This document shows, one piece after another, positions 35,401-50,200 of a stretch of 64,000 nt of DNA. Under the pieces are notes generated by a model. It saw only the letters and a list, made by a program, of their open reading frames with translations. It made no database searches and was not told where the DNA came from. The position numbers and the translations under genes are program-made. Each line of letters begins with the position of its first letter. Within the stretch, counting starts at the first letter, position 1. The DNA is from Mesotaenium endlicherianum (lineage: Eukaryota): the NCBI GenBank assembly GCA_009602735.1, contig WELA01003606.1:1-64000 (forward strand), in the 5' to 3' direction.

Positions 35401-38400
35401 GGAGAGTGAAGATGAGGACTCTGAGTATGAACGACTCAAACAGAAAAAAACCTCCAAGTCCAAGGGGAAAGACGTGGATTCAGGTGAGCAAACAGTAACC
35501 TGGCTTCAAGTGGGAATATACTAGTCATACTTAGTATGGTATAGTTCTATATGGTATGTGCCTGTCTGTATTCAATACAACGAGGCCGTCCTTTTTCGCC
35601 CACTATGAAATGGTGAGGCATCTCTATGGAGTGGACTGGCTGTGGGTACTACTCTGTATTTACGTTTCATCTCAGGCTTCCCGCTGGGCTATCTTTAATT
35701 TGATAATATTTGATGGGTCTAGTTTCCTTGCCTCAAACGGAGGGGGAAGACACGAGTGAAATCTTAGTGATGTGAATGAAATTGCTTGCTTGTGTGTATG
35801 AAGGCCGCCACAAAAACTATGCGAAAGCGAAGGGCCGATCTAAAGCTGCTCGAGATCAGGACATATCTGGGGGAGAAGGTGACGTGGTCTCAGAACACAA
35901 CGAGCAAGGGAAGGAGGGATTGAAAGTTGGTGAGGTAGTGGGCAAGGAATCGAAGCAGCAGAGCAGGCTCCCTGATGAGAACAAGGAGGAGGATCTTCGT
36001 AAGAAACTTACGAAAGGAAGAAGCCGCAGGGCTGAGGATGGAGAAGAGGATGTCAAAAAGTCTGAAGCTGAGATAGTTGGGACAAGGGAAGAAGGTGACG
36101 AGCTCATGAGTCATGAAGCTCGAGAACTGCAGGAAGAAGAAGAGCATGTTTTGCGGGTGGGACAGGTTGCAGGTTTAGCTTCAGAGGAGGAGGTGGCACC
36201 CGTGATGAATCGTGCTGCTCTGAGGTCTAGACTTGTGGACACAAGAGATGAAGATGAGGAAGAGGTGGATTATGGGGAAGAAGAGGAGGAAGCTGAGCCT
36301 GTCCCCAGGGAGAGAGGCGACAAAGATGCGGGTAGAGATGCCAAGAGGGTCTCAAGGACAGGGTACAGTCAGGGAATAGAGAGGGACGTCGAGCCAGCAG
36401 CAGCAGCAGCATCATTGTCACCTGAGCCTGCAGTTGCAAATGGTGCAGGCGACGACTCAGTGGCACGTGGCAGGGACAGAGAGGAGCAAGGACTCCAGAT
36501 TGAGGCTGATGATCTGGTGGGGGAGCAGGACCGGTTGTATGCTGAGGCAGTTGCTGCTTCTGCCGGTACTGCTGCTGATAAAGCTGGAGGCAGCAGGGCT
36601 AGAGACACGGACAATGACAATGATAATGGTGGTCTTCAAGCCTCCGCACAGCTGAAGAGGTAAACATTCAGTTTTTGTTTTTCTAAAATGCCGCCATTCA
36701 ATGTCATCCGGCTTGTGTGTGTAGACTTTAGGCTTAGGCGTGAGATCTACTTCACGGAAACCAATAGGAATTGCAGATAGTGCAACCAGTATTCCAGGCC
36801 ACTAACCTGGAAGCAAATGAAACAGCGTTGGTGACTTGTTGGTTGCACGGTGCCTTATCTCGAATGTGCCTCTGCACAAAGACCCTCCCCTGAGGCACTG
36901 CCTAGATATGGAAACTGTGTCAAAATCGTTGACCTGGTTTTCTGCGTGCGGTTGCAGCAGAGGAACGGAGGATGATGCAGAGCCCAAGCGCATCCGTAGA
37001 GGAAGGGGGTTCAGCCAGCAATACTCTTTTGTGAGGCGCTACAGGACCCCATCCCCTGAGGATGAGGGACGTGATACATTCCCCACCCATCAGGCTGAGA
37101 GGACAGCAAGCTACAGAGACGGAGGAAGATATGGGTACAACAATAACAACCACAACAACAGGAGGTAGTGCCCCACACGTCACTCTTTCTCACCCTGGTG
37201 TGGGCAAACACTTGAGACGAGGAATGCAGTTTCTTATAGAGACAGACCTCTGGATGTGGTGCACCTTATGGGTTCTTACGGTGTACGTCAATCATCAAGC
37301 AAAATCTTGTTAACAAAATATATCATGGAAACACGTGTTCCTGCATGTTGTATGTACAATTGTCTGCACCCTGTGCGAGGGGGAGCCTCCCTCTCTGTGT
37401 CCCTGGGTGCGGCTCACATATATGATCTGTGAAAGGGTTTGATTCTTTCTGTGTTCAGTTTTTACCTGATAGGAAGGACTCCTTAGGGTGCTTGGGTGAT
37501 GAGCTCGAGTGCAAGGCTTTGCCTTGCATAAAGAAGATCATTCGGGGGGACTCTCCAAATCAAAGTGGCAGAAATGTGAGGGAGGGTGTGTGAGGTTGCA
37601 TGTGCGGGGTCAGAAGTGGCTGCCAAGGCCCAACCTGTGTTGCCCAGATGCTCTTTGTGCGAAATTGAGAAGGTGTTACGTAAGTCGACGTCATGTCTGT
37701 GTTGCTGAATTGAACATGGATGACCTGCCACCTGCAGGTGGTCTGTGAGATCAGAGTTTGCAGGCCCTCTCGTATGATCACAATAGGAAAGTTGTTGGTT
37801 TTATGGTTTGCAATTGTTTATCTGTACTTCGAGACGTATCGTCCACAGTTGGCTGAAACGTGTGCTCTTTCAAGCATGTGCACCCCTTACACTTGGGCAT
37901 GATTATCTGTTTTGATGTTTCAAAGAGATTTTATCCACCTCGGTATTTTGCAGGTACAGTGGAGGTTATGGCGGGGGTGCTGTGAGCACCAGAGGAGGGG
38001 GAGGATACGATGCTTATAGGAGAGAGAGGGAGAGAGGCGGCGATGAACGAAGTCAGTACAGCCCTCCGGCGCACCGAGGAGGCTACAGGCGCAGTAGCCC
38101 GCAGAGGTGTACATCTCTTGCCTCATCATTAGCATATACGCATGCATTGGTGATCCTTAGCAAAAATAAAGAGCAGAGTCGCTGCTCTCAGGTGTTCCGT
38201 TGCTTCTCACCCTACTAAACTTGAAGTGAACTGAATTAGCTTGAGGCTTATAATTGCAGAGGGAATAGCTTTTGTATGGGCAAGCAACAGTTACTCCTTT
38301 GCTTCGTCGTGCTCAAGCTCGCTGACCTGTAGTCTCTCATGCTTTGAACTGTTCTTGCTTTTGGCAGGTACAAAAGCCCCAGTCCCAAGGATGAGCGCAA

Positions 38401-38731
38401 GCGGCGTCGCTTTGAGAGCCCCTCTCGGCATGACGCCAAGTACAGCAGGGACAGAAACGATGATTCAAGGAGGGACAGGGACTGGGACAAAGGAAGAGAG
38501 AATGATCGCTCAGGTACGCGTATGTCTGTTCGGGGGAGGTTGGGGTCAAGAGCTGACAACGATAATGACCGCAACAGAGATGGAGAGGAGCTGGCTAGCC
38601 CAAAGGACCAGCGGGAAGGCAGGGGGAGTGGTGGAAAACGTCTCCGCAGTGAGAAGGACGAGGACAGTGACAGAGACGAGGGGGAATCACCACCAAAGGG
38701 GAGGGGGTTGGTGTCCTATAGCGAGATGTAG
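32498..38731 (+). CDS. Multidomain cyclophilin (PPIase) with K/S/E- and RS-rich C-terminus, CYP63/CYP95 (PPIG)-like; ~12 exons
   Basis: [49 protein letters not shown]...[43 protein letters not shown]...[18 protein letters not shown]...[12 protein letters not shown]; later [25 protein letters not shown] and terminal GLVSYSEM*. Confidence 0.92.
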
Positions 38732-39785
38732 AATGGGAATCCTCCAGTTGCATGCGGCTGCGGCTGCATAGATCTAGCTGGCTAGTGCACGCCTTAGGTT
38801 GTTGCAGGCATGGGAAGCAGTTGTGCAATCCAATTGAATAGACGTTTATCAATCAATCTTTATATCTGATGCCTTAATTACTTAGAGTCAGTTCTTTGGC
38901 CAACCAAGGAGGTACCTACAATTTTCAGAGCAAGGGAGTGTGAAACCCAAGTGCCACTCCCCTGCTTCACGAAGTCATGTCGTATTCCTCTGTTTGTTGC
39001 AACAGGTTTATCATTTACCGTTTTTAAGGTATATCAATGCAGTTCGTCAATGCTTTCATCAAGACTCTCTTTAATGGGTATGTATGTAGGCAAGCAGACA
39101 AGGATAGTTGATATGCAATAGGGAAAATCTGTTGTGAAAGAGCTGGTTTGTTGGTCTGGCGCGGTGAAAGATGTGAGCACCCTTTCACATTGGCGGCAGA
39201 AATTGTTGCTGTTTATCGATCAGAAGCTGTCCATCACCTCCTACACCTTGCAATGTATGTGTCGAGCCTTTTATGTACTTCGAGAGCAGCAGCATTACTC
39301 TTATCTGCCCACACGCATCAGCGTTTATGTTGATAGAATGTGCTAGGTGACAACCTTCAGCTGACTTTTGCAAGTGTGTATACCTTATATTTACCTTCTA
39401 TGCTTCAAGAGTTGTTGAAATAGATATGATCCCACCAATTAATGTCAATGGACCTCAAGAAAGAAGCTTGAATATGTTCGCATGTCGTATATTGATATCC
39501 AGTTGAATGTTGAAAAGCACCTAGCATGATTTTTAGATCATTGGACAGGCTTCAGGACATGCACAGCGTAAACACATTCAACAATTTTGAAACTTACTAT
39601 TGCAGGTTTGCGACATTTCATGTCGCAAACCAAGGTTTGACAAGTGTTCTAATTTCATCGATTTCACACGTGTTGTGTTTCATCGACAAACGAGACCCTC
39701 GTAAAGGCTTCTCTTTGCAAAGATTGCAGCAGGAAGGTAGCTGCTACACCCACCCACCCACCCACCCTCCCACGCACACACACAC

Positions 39786-40505
39786 NNNNNNNNNNNNNNN
39801 NNNNNNNNNNNNNNNNNNNNNNNNNNNNNNNNNNNNNNNNNNNNNNNNNNNNNNNNNNNNNNNNNNNNNNNNNNNNNNNNNNNNNNNNNNNNNNNNNNNN
39901 NNNNNNNNNNNNNNNNNNNNNNNNNNNNNNNNNNNNNNNNNNNNNNNNNNNNNNNNNNNNNNNNNNNNNNNNNNNNNNNNNNNNNNNNNNNNNNNNNNNN
40001 NNNNNNNNNNNNNNNNNNNNNNNNNNNNNNNNNNNNNNNNNNNNNNNNNNNNNNNNNNNNNNNNNNNNNNNNNNNNNNNNNNNNNNNNNNNNNNNNNNNN
40101 NNNNNNNNNNNNNNNNNNNNNNNNNNNNNNNNNNNNNNNNNNNNNNNNNNNNNNNNNNNNNNNNNNNNNNNNNNNNNNNNNNNNNNNNNNNNNNNNNNNN
40201 NNNNNNNNNNNNNNNNNNNNNNNNNNNNNNNNNNNNNNNNNNNNNNNNNNNNNNNNNNNNNNNNNNNNNNNNNNNNNNNNNNNNNNNNNNNNNNNNNNNN
40301 NNNNNNNNNNNNNNNNNNNNNNNNNNNNNNNNNNNNNNNNNNNNNNNNNNNNNNNNNNNNNNNNNNNNNNNNNNNNNNNNNNNNNNNNNNNNNNNNNNNN
40401 NNNNNNNNNNNNNNNNNNNNNNNNNNNNNNNNNNNNNNNNNNNNNNNNNNNNNNNNNNNNNNNNNNNNNNNNNNNNNNNNNNNNNNNNNNNNNNNNNNNN
40501 NNNNN
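39786..40505. other. Assembly gap (~720 N)
   Basis: Run of N after a CA repeat. Confidence 0.99.
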
Positions 40506-41271
40506 TCCCACCCCCCCCTTTAACCCTCCACTCCACTGGGAGGTGCACGAGGCAGGCAACGAAGCTTGTGCCAGTGCCAGTCTTAGCCATGCACAATAGT
40601 GTTTTTGATTTTGTTAGTGTTTTTTGCAGTATGTGAATGCCTATTGGCATTAACCAGCGGCAGCGATTTGACGAACAACCTCAACACAGCAAGAGTGCAG
40701 TTGCCGATTAAGCGTGTTTTTAGGAGTTTGAATATAGTTGTCTTAAGTTAAAAACGTACTGAGAGTATACTCGTAGCAGCGTGTTGGAAAGGACTAAACA
40801 AAAACAGATGATGCGCAAATTGTAGCATACTACTACTCCTACTATTTTTTTTTGAATCAACTTCTTTATTTTGAATTCAGGCAATTTGAACACAAATTGT
40901 CAAACCAAGTATTTGACAGAAGCTAAACTTGAATAAGAATTCTTCTCTTTGGTGCCGCTGATTCAAAGGATCAGCTGAGGTGCCACTCTCAAAGTAACAA
41001 ATGATAGTGTTTGTAAGAAGATTGTGTTTCTGACTCCACTTCTAGAGTCCTATAATGAAAATAGCCCAAATTACAACCAAATTTGATGTCCTACCAACCA
41101 TATTATATATGCATCTACTACATTGAATCAACAAAGACTCTTGAGGACCGAAGATTTTCTTCTCAATGACATGCTGTATGCAAAGTTCAGCTTCAGAACT
41201 CTCCCAAGACTTCCCCTTCTATTTGTGCACCATCTCGTCATACTCCCAGGTTCCTTCTTTTCCAAGAAGAC

Positions 41272-44200
41272 TCAAACACCAGTCTTGGACCAAAGGAGTG
41301 ACAACATGACCGCTATGAGTAGAGCCCAAACGATGACGATTGTTGGCGTGCGCTGGCTGCGCCCCATCAGGCCCTGCAAGGAAGCAAATAGGGGTGGATG
41401 AAAATTCCTAGTATAATTAGTATTTGCTCTCATGGGATGTGCCTATATTGGTGGCAGAGACAAGCTTATTGTAACATGCACATAAGCACCCCCTCACATT
41501 AACCTTAAGAAAATGATTGGTCACATCTACGTGCAGGCGGCAGCTGAACACATGCCTCTGACAAGAAGCACGAATGTCAAGTGGAAGCTATTTGAGGTCT
41601 CCCTCGTAGGTAGCAGTATACGAGTTACCTTGAAGAAGGGGTACAGGTGCAGGAGCACCCACACAGAAAAGAAGATCTGCCCCAGCAGTTGTCCTGCGCA
41701 AACACAACGTTCAAATAATCAGAAACACACAACACAAACACACACACACACACACACACACGTGCGCGTATCCGCGCGCAGGCACATACGCGTGTACGCA
41801 GGCACATACCCGTGCGTGCAGATGCAATGAACTGTTTGTGGACGCTCGTTCTTGAAGGATAAAGATAGGTGCCTTTCCCTAAGCCTTCTCTTGGAGGGTA
41901 AACACGGGCAAGAGGCGAAGCACTAAGAAATGCAATCCCAAACGCAAATAGTGACCGCAGATGGAACGCCTTACTTGGAACTGTAACTATTATGCGCATA
42001 TACTCTTAGCAGCAGGATGCAAAGAAATGAGTAGGGAGTCGGCGGTCTGACCAACTTGAGTGGAGCTGGAGTTAATGGCATGCGCCACGCCCGTGAGAAT
42101 GGCGAGGCAGTTGACGAGGATGATGGTGATGGGCACCAGGAACAGCCACGTCCACTGTGCCCCCCCTTCCCTCTCACCGAGCGGCCCTCATCAGCGAGTG
42201 CAGTGGAGCGCCGGCAGATACCGGACTGCCCCTCTCTATGAGGGCCATGCCCCCGCCAGGGGCTAAAGGTTGGCCTGCCCACATGGCTCAGGGGAGTTCA
42301 CACTCTTTATGCATGTGTATCGCCCCGTTACTTGCCGCACCTCTCAGCGATATTGACGAATGGGCTGGTCAAATGCAAGCCCGTAATGTCATCATGAAGA
42401 ATCAGCGGTCAATGAGAGGGGTGGAAGATACAAGCAGCCACGTGAAAATGACAAAGGTGCATATGGTAGAAAGCCGTCCTTTGAATGCTTCCTGATTTCC
42501 AGACTAAGCTAAAAGGGGAGGGGAGGAGGTCGGGGGAAGGCAGCCAGAGCAAGGCAGAGGGGGGAAGGGGGAAAGGGGGGCAGACTGACGCGGATGGTAT
42601 AAAGCTCGCTCATACTGTCCTCGTCATCCGAGCCCTTGGCTGTGAGCGTGAAGTGCACGTCCAGCCCGCCCGCCACTTTCAGAAGGCCCTGCCACCCACA
42701 CCCATCACCAGCACCAGCACCAGCACCATCACCACAACAAAGAGGAGGCCTCCTCTCTCGTGTCTGTCAGCCTGTCTTGTACGTGCATGCATTCTCCAAC
42801 CAAGTCCAAGGTCAGCACAGTGCCAGACTTCGGCACACAAGCAGACTCTAATGTGCCATGACATGTGGCAGGAGCACCAAGCCAGTGGCCTTGCTACTCC
42901 AAATGAAATGGCATCAACTTTAGCGTGTCATTGCTGCAAATTTTGGTCACGTTTGTAGTGGAGCAGGGGAGAGTAGGCAGGGGACCTCCCTCAGGTGTGT
43001 TCTTCTGCGTACGAGCCCAGTCAAGGCCAGCGCAGTCCAGGTGCACCAGAGGGGCACACGAGCAGAGCAAGCACATGCATGAACCTACAGTGCACAGGCA
43101 CGCACGCACGCACCTGGAGGACAGCAGCCAGATGCGAAGAGGTGCCTCCAATGACCCAGAACTGCTCGTTCCTCCACCACTCCTCCAGCGTTATGCCTGT
43201 TGTTGTCGTTCCCCCGCCCCCCCCGGTCCGTATATATGTACACGAGCAGAGCAGCTTTCTTTGCTGAAGTATGCAGAGAGGAAGAGTATTTCAACAGCTT
43301 CTCCTTCTTTAAGCATAGCATGCATGAGACACCATGCGATTGATGGATAAATAGAATGTGGCGACAACCTCAGCATCTATGCAAGTGCAGCTGACGCAAA
43401 CTCAAAAAAGGCAACAGCAACTGTGAAATAAAGGACAAAACAGAATGAATTTAGGCAGAGCAATGAAAGAATTGAGCTGAAAAGGGAGGATGAAAGAGCG
43501 TGATGGAGGGGGATGGGCACCAACCACTCCAGCGAATCTCAAGCAATGCCGTCGCAAAGATGGTCAGAAACAGCGCCATGAAGTACAGCAGCGTGTACGC
43601 CGTTATCTGCGCAGACCCGGCACACACACACACACGCACACACACACACACACACACGCGCGCGCGCGCGAGGGACGAGACGTGAGCACACCATGGAAAA
43701 GCATCGACGGGCTCCTTGGCTATAAGCCCTACCTTGTTTGGTCATTCAAATGTTGCCCACAGAAAAAGTACATGAGCTGATGAACGAGTTACTATAGCCG
43801 CATGTTCAGGATAAAGCATATGAGGCGTTGATCTGAGACGTCACACACACGCATACAAAAACACACACATGCACACACACCCATGTGAACACGTAGGCAC
43901 TCAGACAATGACACGTACCGTCTTGACAATGAACTGATTGGTGAAGAGACAGATGGCGGGCAGGAAGCAGTACACCAGAAGCGCAATCGACGTGAAGGGG
44001 TAGATGCACGTGTTGATGTACCTGCACCCATGCAACATGTGACACACACCCGCTCTTTGCTCATCGTCTGAGGGATGCCGGCGGGATAGCACCCAGTAGG
44101 TGCCATTTGCGTGGGTGCGTAAAAAGACATAGACCACACTCTTGTGAACGTTGTGTTTGTGTAGGGGTGCATCACCCTCAGGGTAAGCAAAAGACAAGAC

Positions 44201-47200
44201 ATCTTCCATTACCTTGCTGAAGGCCAGGTCAGACAGACTCCGCAATTACAGGCTGAGGGGCTCTGATGAAGAGAGAGAAAAGCTGAATAGGCAAGTTAAG
44301 ACGTCAGGCGCAACTGAGGGGAAAGTTGGAGGGCAGAGAGAGTCAGAGAGGCGAGAGAGGCAGGTGCTTACGCGAGGCGCTGCACAAACTTGAGATTGGT
44401 GCAGCAGTCGCTCCACAGCGGGTTGTACCCGGAGAAGAAGATCTCCACCGACCCCGTGGCCCACCTGCTCAGCCACAGCAGGCAGGGCCCACAAGTTATG
44501 ATGCACTGGTGAAAGTAGCCCCTCTTCCTCCTCCCTGGAGAAACATCAAGCGGAAAATGAAAGGCCCGTCCATTCACAACACAAAGCAATTCACTCCTAG
44601 TCATGACAGGCAGCTGACACCGCTTCCAGGCTCTTGGCTACCTTCAGGTACAGGTCAGCACAACCAGCACAATGATGCTATGCCCCAGCCAGGCTGCCCA
44701 AGTGATGCTCAGGGCTTCACCCCATACCCGCCTCATCACGGGTGGCTGGTGACTGATCTGACTAACCTGAGGACCTGGGCAAGGCGATCTGTCAAGTTGA
44801 TGGGCGCCGAGCCCTGCTGGATGAGAGTGCACAGCACAGCACGGCACAGCACACGCGCTACTTAGGCAGGCACGCGGGTAAGTTGTACCTGGGAGCCCTC
44901 ATGGGAGGCTGGGCGGGGGATATGTCACTCTGCTGCAAAATCAGGGCTACTCAAAATGGAGAGAGCAGGAAGTCTTCCATGGGCCCAACTCCACACCTTC
45001 TTTGACTTACTTGCAATAGGAAGAGGAAGGGGGAGCCAAGGCCAGCAGATGGCGCGAGTAATGAAAAAATAGAAAGGCCAGATTTCATCCCATGACGCTC
45101 AAGCAATTTAGACAGAAGATATTGAGAATGAGGGCAAACGCACTAAGCACTCTACCCAGTCCCATGCTTGCCAAATTCTAATACACTGCATGAGTGTGGT
45201 AAGAGTGGATGATAAAGGAGGACTGTCAAATTAGATGACTCAACAGAGAGATTCGGGTTCCGGCCACGAAGGAGCGTCACAGTAATTCTTCCAGGACCTG
45301 GAGGAGGCTCGATAATAGGCAGCTTCATTCTCTCTCTGGGCCCCACGGGCAACAACGGGCAGCAGCAGCAGCAGCAGTAGCAGCAGCAGTAGCAGCAGCA
45401 AATTGCAGGAGAGAGAAGTGGGGAGGGGATGGGTAGAGGGTGCTACTTTGAAGGCCGGGCGCTTGGGCATGCAGTAGACGGAGCGCCAGCCGCGTGTGTG
45501 CATGATGTAGCCCGTCACTATGTCCTCCGTCACCGACCCGTACACCCACCCGCACTGTCCTCCCCCGTCCGCCCACGACGCAGCCACCTCACCATCACCT
45601 CAGTCATGCAGGGGCAGGGATAACCACGTAAACTACCGGCCAGCCTGCCTGCCAGAGAAATGCAGCGTGCAATTATCTCCTTCACCGAGGCTGGCGCAGG
45701 CGGGACAGAGCTCAGAGGCAGTACCAACAGAGAACCAGAAGGCCTCCAGCTGCCTGCTTGCGCTCTCAGTTGGTCCGTCGGTGCAAGCAGGCGGCCAAAG
45801 GTGCGCCAACCTTGATCACCAGATGCACGAGCAACCACTACAGTGAATTTTCCCGTGTGCAAAGATCTGCAAGCTGATTGTGAGAGGGGGGCCCTTTATC
45901 ATACATACATTTCCAGCCATACTTTGTCACTTCACATGAGCTCCACGGATCAGACCCATATGATTAGGACAAAATCTGCAAGAATCTCTACAAAGGAGGA
46001 GGGGTCTAACGCATCCAGCAGTGCACGCCATCATCAGCATCATCATCGTCGTGGCTTACGCTCTTGCCCCAGTCGGAGTTGTCCTCGTATCCGCAGGAGA
46101 TGACCAGGATGGCGTCACTCAGCACCTCCCGTGGATCTTCTGACACCTGTCCAGCACAGAAGAAAGTGAACGTGGTTAGCGCTCGAGTAGGTCCCCGCAG
46201 GTGCAGGTGCAGGTGCACATGTGACAAGACATTACAAGAAACAGCACACTACTCAGTGAGCAGCCACGTGGCATGAATGTTAGGATGGCCAGGCCTATGT
46301 CGAAGTCAGCGTACTTCCCTCCATGGGACCTAGGGGTATGAGCATGAGCGTTGAGGACGTGAGGCGGAAAGAAGAAAGAAAAGGAGGTGGAGAGCCATGG
46401 CGAGTGGGAAGGGGAGGTGCCGATGGAAGAGAAGCAAAGGAGAGAGGACAGTCGAAGGAGAAGACTGACTGACCATGGAGCCACCGCGGCTATTAAACGT
46501 GCTAAGAATGAAGTTGTGGCACATGCCAAAGTGCTTGATGTGCACTTTCGTCACCTCCCGCGCTGCCAGCAAGCCCTCCTCCGCATCTGCTCTCACGCAC
46601 ACAAACATGAAGCGGACACTCATTCAGCGTCGTTGACTGTCGTCCTGTCCAGTTCTAAAGACTGGAACACAAACTGGCACTAAGAAACGCGCCCGCTTCA
46701 CAGTTGTTGCCATGGTCGTACTCTCTTCGGCCCAAAACCTTCGGCCCGAAACCAGGGAGCAACAACTTGATGGTCCACTAATACAATGGGCAAACAATGC
46801 AGCTGAAGAAATAGAACTCAGAAAGAACCACGGCACAGATGATCGATTCTGCTCATGATGTACTTTCTTGGTACACCTTCTGCCGCCCATTTCCAGCGGA
46901 GCCTGAGGATGACCCAGTGCAAGAGTGTGAACATCAGTCGATTACCGCCGGGCATTATGGTGTCATCAAGTGAAGCAGCAGCCGACTCCGACGCGGCATC
47001 GCCAGCGGCAGCAGCAGCTGTAGGATACGGCTCAGGGGCGGTCTGCTGGCGCCGGTGCTTCTTGCCGCCCTCCTTACTCTTGCTCTTCTTGGGGCCGCCC
47101 AGCCAGGTGGGGCAGCAGCAGCTTCTATTGTGCGCTTTTGTGACAGGCGGGGGGTCGAATCCGTACAATGCCTGCACCAGCAGTCACCCAAGCGTATCAA

Positions 47201-50200
47201 TGCATCAATGACATTAGTCATAGATAGAAGTTTTGGCATTGCAGCAGAAGAAAAATCAAGACGTGGTAGGTGGCACCAGTATGAAGCAGCCTGCTCAGCC
47301 AGCCCAGCCAGCCCAGCCTGCGTTCCTGTGGCTAACAGAGGAAGAAGGGCAGGCAGGCAGGCACCACGCGCCGGGGGAGGCCTCGTCTCTACTTGGTCTA
47401 AACTTCCTCCTCCTGCTTTCTCCACTAGCAAGTAGTAATAGCAGTAACATCAGGAGCACCTACTTTGGCAGGCATGATGGAGCCCACGAGAAGAGAGGAG
47501 GGCCACACCTGGCGGCGGAACATGCAGCCAGTGCCCACATACATGGGGCCCTGCTGCCCATCCTGGCCCTTCATGTTCACCTGCACACATTCACCCTCCA
47601 TCACATCGTGAGAGAGAGGGGAGGGGAATAGCAATCACATGCAGCGATAGTCACTCACCGCAGCTAGGTATCTGTCAAAGAAAAAATACAGAAAAAAGGA
47701 GATGAGCATGTTATAGAACCATTCTCTATTCACTGTAAAGCACATGATATGATGGATACGTATATAGGAACTGTTGTTCAGGCTGACACATGTGCCTCTG
47801 ATTTGGGCATGGCACGGGAAGCAGGGGACACCAGAAGTGTAAGTGCCACTTGTACATGAGACATTTCATACACGATTGCGACAGGCTCTCAAACAGTTTA
47901 CTGGTGGGGGACGGGAAGGCTGGGTTTGAGTTCCGAGCACACATCATAGAACACCGTGTTGTGATTGGCATAACGATCATTGCGATCGACGCCATCAAAG
48001 CGCTGTGGGAATTGCACAAAGCAGACGCGGCCGCCCTTGCGCGGGTCTATGAGGAAGCACACGCCCTGCTCAGGCACGAGAGGAGAAGGAGAAGAAAAGG
48101 CAATCAGGAACAACTGAATGAATGAGGGAGCAGACCTCCCCTGTGCCAGTTGTGCCCCATTTCCACTCAGAGGGCAAGGCGTACCAGGGCTTTATTTTGA
48201 TTGGATAAATGTGTACTGCCCTGCCTGCATGCACGTCCGCAACAGTGTGGATGCACATGTGCAACGGTACCTACGTCGTTTGTGTGAGTCCCTGTGTTGA
48301 AGCTGGCACAAAGAGGACAAAGCAGGACAAAGCCAAAAGGTGCTGCACGGAAAGGCAAGCACGGAGCAGACTGCACGTGCCTCACTGATTTAACCTGAAC
48401 TGCGGAGATTGGCGAGCAATCCCGCCGTCTTCCAGCTGCCTGTTGTAAACATCTTGATGTCTTTGCCACACCAAAACCGAGATACAGCCCCCAGCAGATG
48501 CACGACGGCAAAGAGGCGCAGACGAGGGAGAAGCAGAAGTTGCTTTAAACCTCGCGAATGGCGGCCGAGTTGTTAATGTAGTGGTCGCAGTCTAGGTTGA
48601 GCACGAACGGCGCATTGGATATCAGCGCCGACGACCGCATCTGGACATATAAGAACCGCAAGAGAAGACAAACATGAGCACCGATTAGTCACCATGAGCA
48701 ATCTCTCCAAACAGTAAGCACCCGCTGTAGTACATAGATGTCAGCAAACAAACATGGACAACCTTCCCACCATAGTCTGTACTTATGACGCATTTGTGGC
48801 TGTTCACGACTACGATGTCAAAGCGCAAGCATCGACTGCCCATGCAGGTCCCCATCTGAAGGGTAACTCGAGTGAATGGAGCACAACACACAGAGAGAGG
48901 GGAGGGCGCACAAGTGCATTCATAGCGCCAGCCTTCTTGTTGTGCTCAAACCCGGGCCTCTTCTCCCTTGACATGTACACCTGCAATGCCACGCCCAGCC
49001 ACAGCAGTCTAAAAAAATAGCGTTACCAATCACAAGGACATTGACCAGACTAGATAAGATAGGAAAAATACATATAGGTACTTACGTGTGAGTGTAATAT
49101 ACAGTGTAGAAGAAACCTCAACCCTTGGTAAGGACATGTAAAAGAAGAGTGAATAGCCTGGACATGACCCATGACCCATGAGCTTACTGTAAGGCCACAT
49201 GTCAATCTTCGAAGGAAAATGAGCATGATTCCATAGGCGGACAGACAGAGAGACAGGCAGGCAGGCAGGTCAAAGACACCTCAAGTTTAATCAATGAATA
49301 TGTGAAGGTTGCATTGGTTGGCAACATGCTTATGCACCTGTACATACTGAAGCTACAAGTCATGCATGTGTATGTGTGGGTGTATGAGCGTGTTTGCGTG
49401 CTCACGTGTGTGTGTGTGTGCGTGTGTGCGTGTGTGTGTGTGTGTGTGTGTATGTGTGTGTATATGCGCATTTGCCTCTGCTACAGCTCAAATTTTAGGG
49501 CATGCGTGCAAGAAACACTCATAGCACGAGACCCATGTCGTCTGCTTGATACCCTGGACTAAGCTAGTAGGCAGGCGGGCTGCACAGGGAAAGTGCAGTC
49601 ATGAAATGAAGACTACTGAGAGGGAACGATGGCCAATCTGCAGAAAGCCCAGGCGGCAGACAGACAGATACAGGTGAAGTGAAGCACGAACAAGGCGGGG
49701 AAGAGGGTTGTTGTTGACATCGCGAGTTCCGCTCTCCGGTTGCAGAAACACCTGCAGAAACTCCCCGTCCCTCCATCCGCCGCACAAGCAGCAGCTTGTC
49801 ATTACAGGGAATGGGGATAGGAGGCAGGCGGGAGTGGAGGCGGGAAGGAAGGGAGTAAGGGGACTACATACTACAGATACAGCTGAATAGGTCCATCTGG
49901 AAGCAGGGGGGTTTCCAAAATGGCAGAGAGACGCATGAGCAGGTATGCCTTATGCACAAGGTGGTCTTCAAAATCCACCTGATAATCAATCAATCCTTCC
50001 AATACCACTGTCAAGTCAAAGCATAGGAGTCAAAAGACTAATTACTCTCCTCTTTGCTGCTAGCCACATCAGAATGGTGATGCACACAAATCAAAGGTCC
50101 AGATAACATCCAATAATGGGAGGGGTACACAGGCAAGACACACCTGGATCATGCCAACGTGGTTACTTCTCACGTTGCCAGGCCACGGCGTGCCATCTGG

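Noticed and set aside
34608..36639. Antisense Ser/Leu/Phe-rich ORFs
   Set aside because: Shadows of the low-complexity cyclophilin exons.
39526..40650. Long ORFs of 271-357 aa
   Set aside because: Artefacts of translating the N gap.
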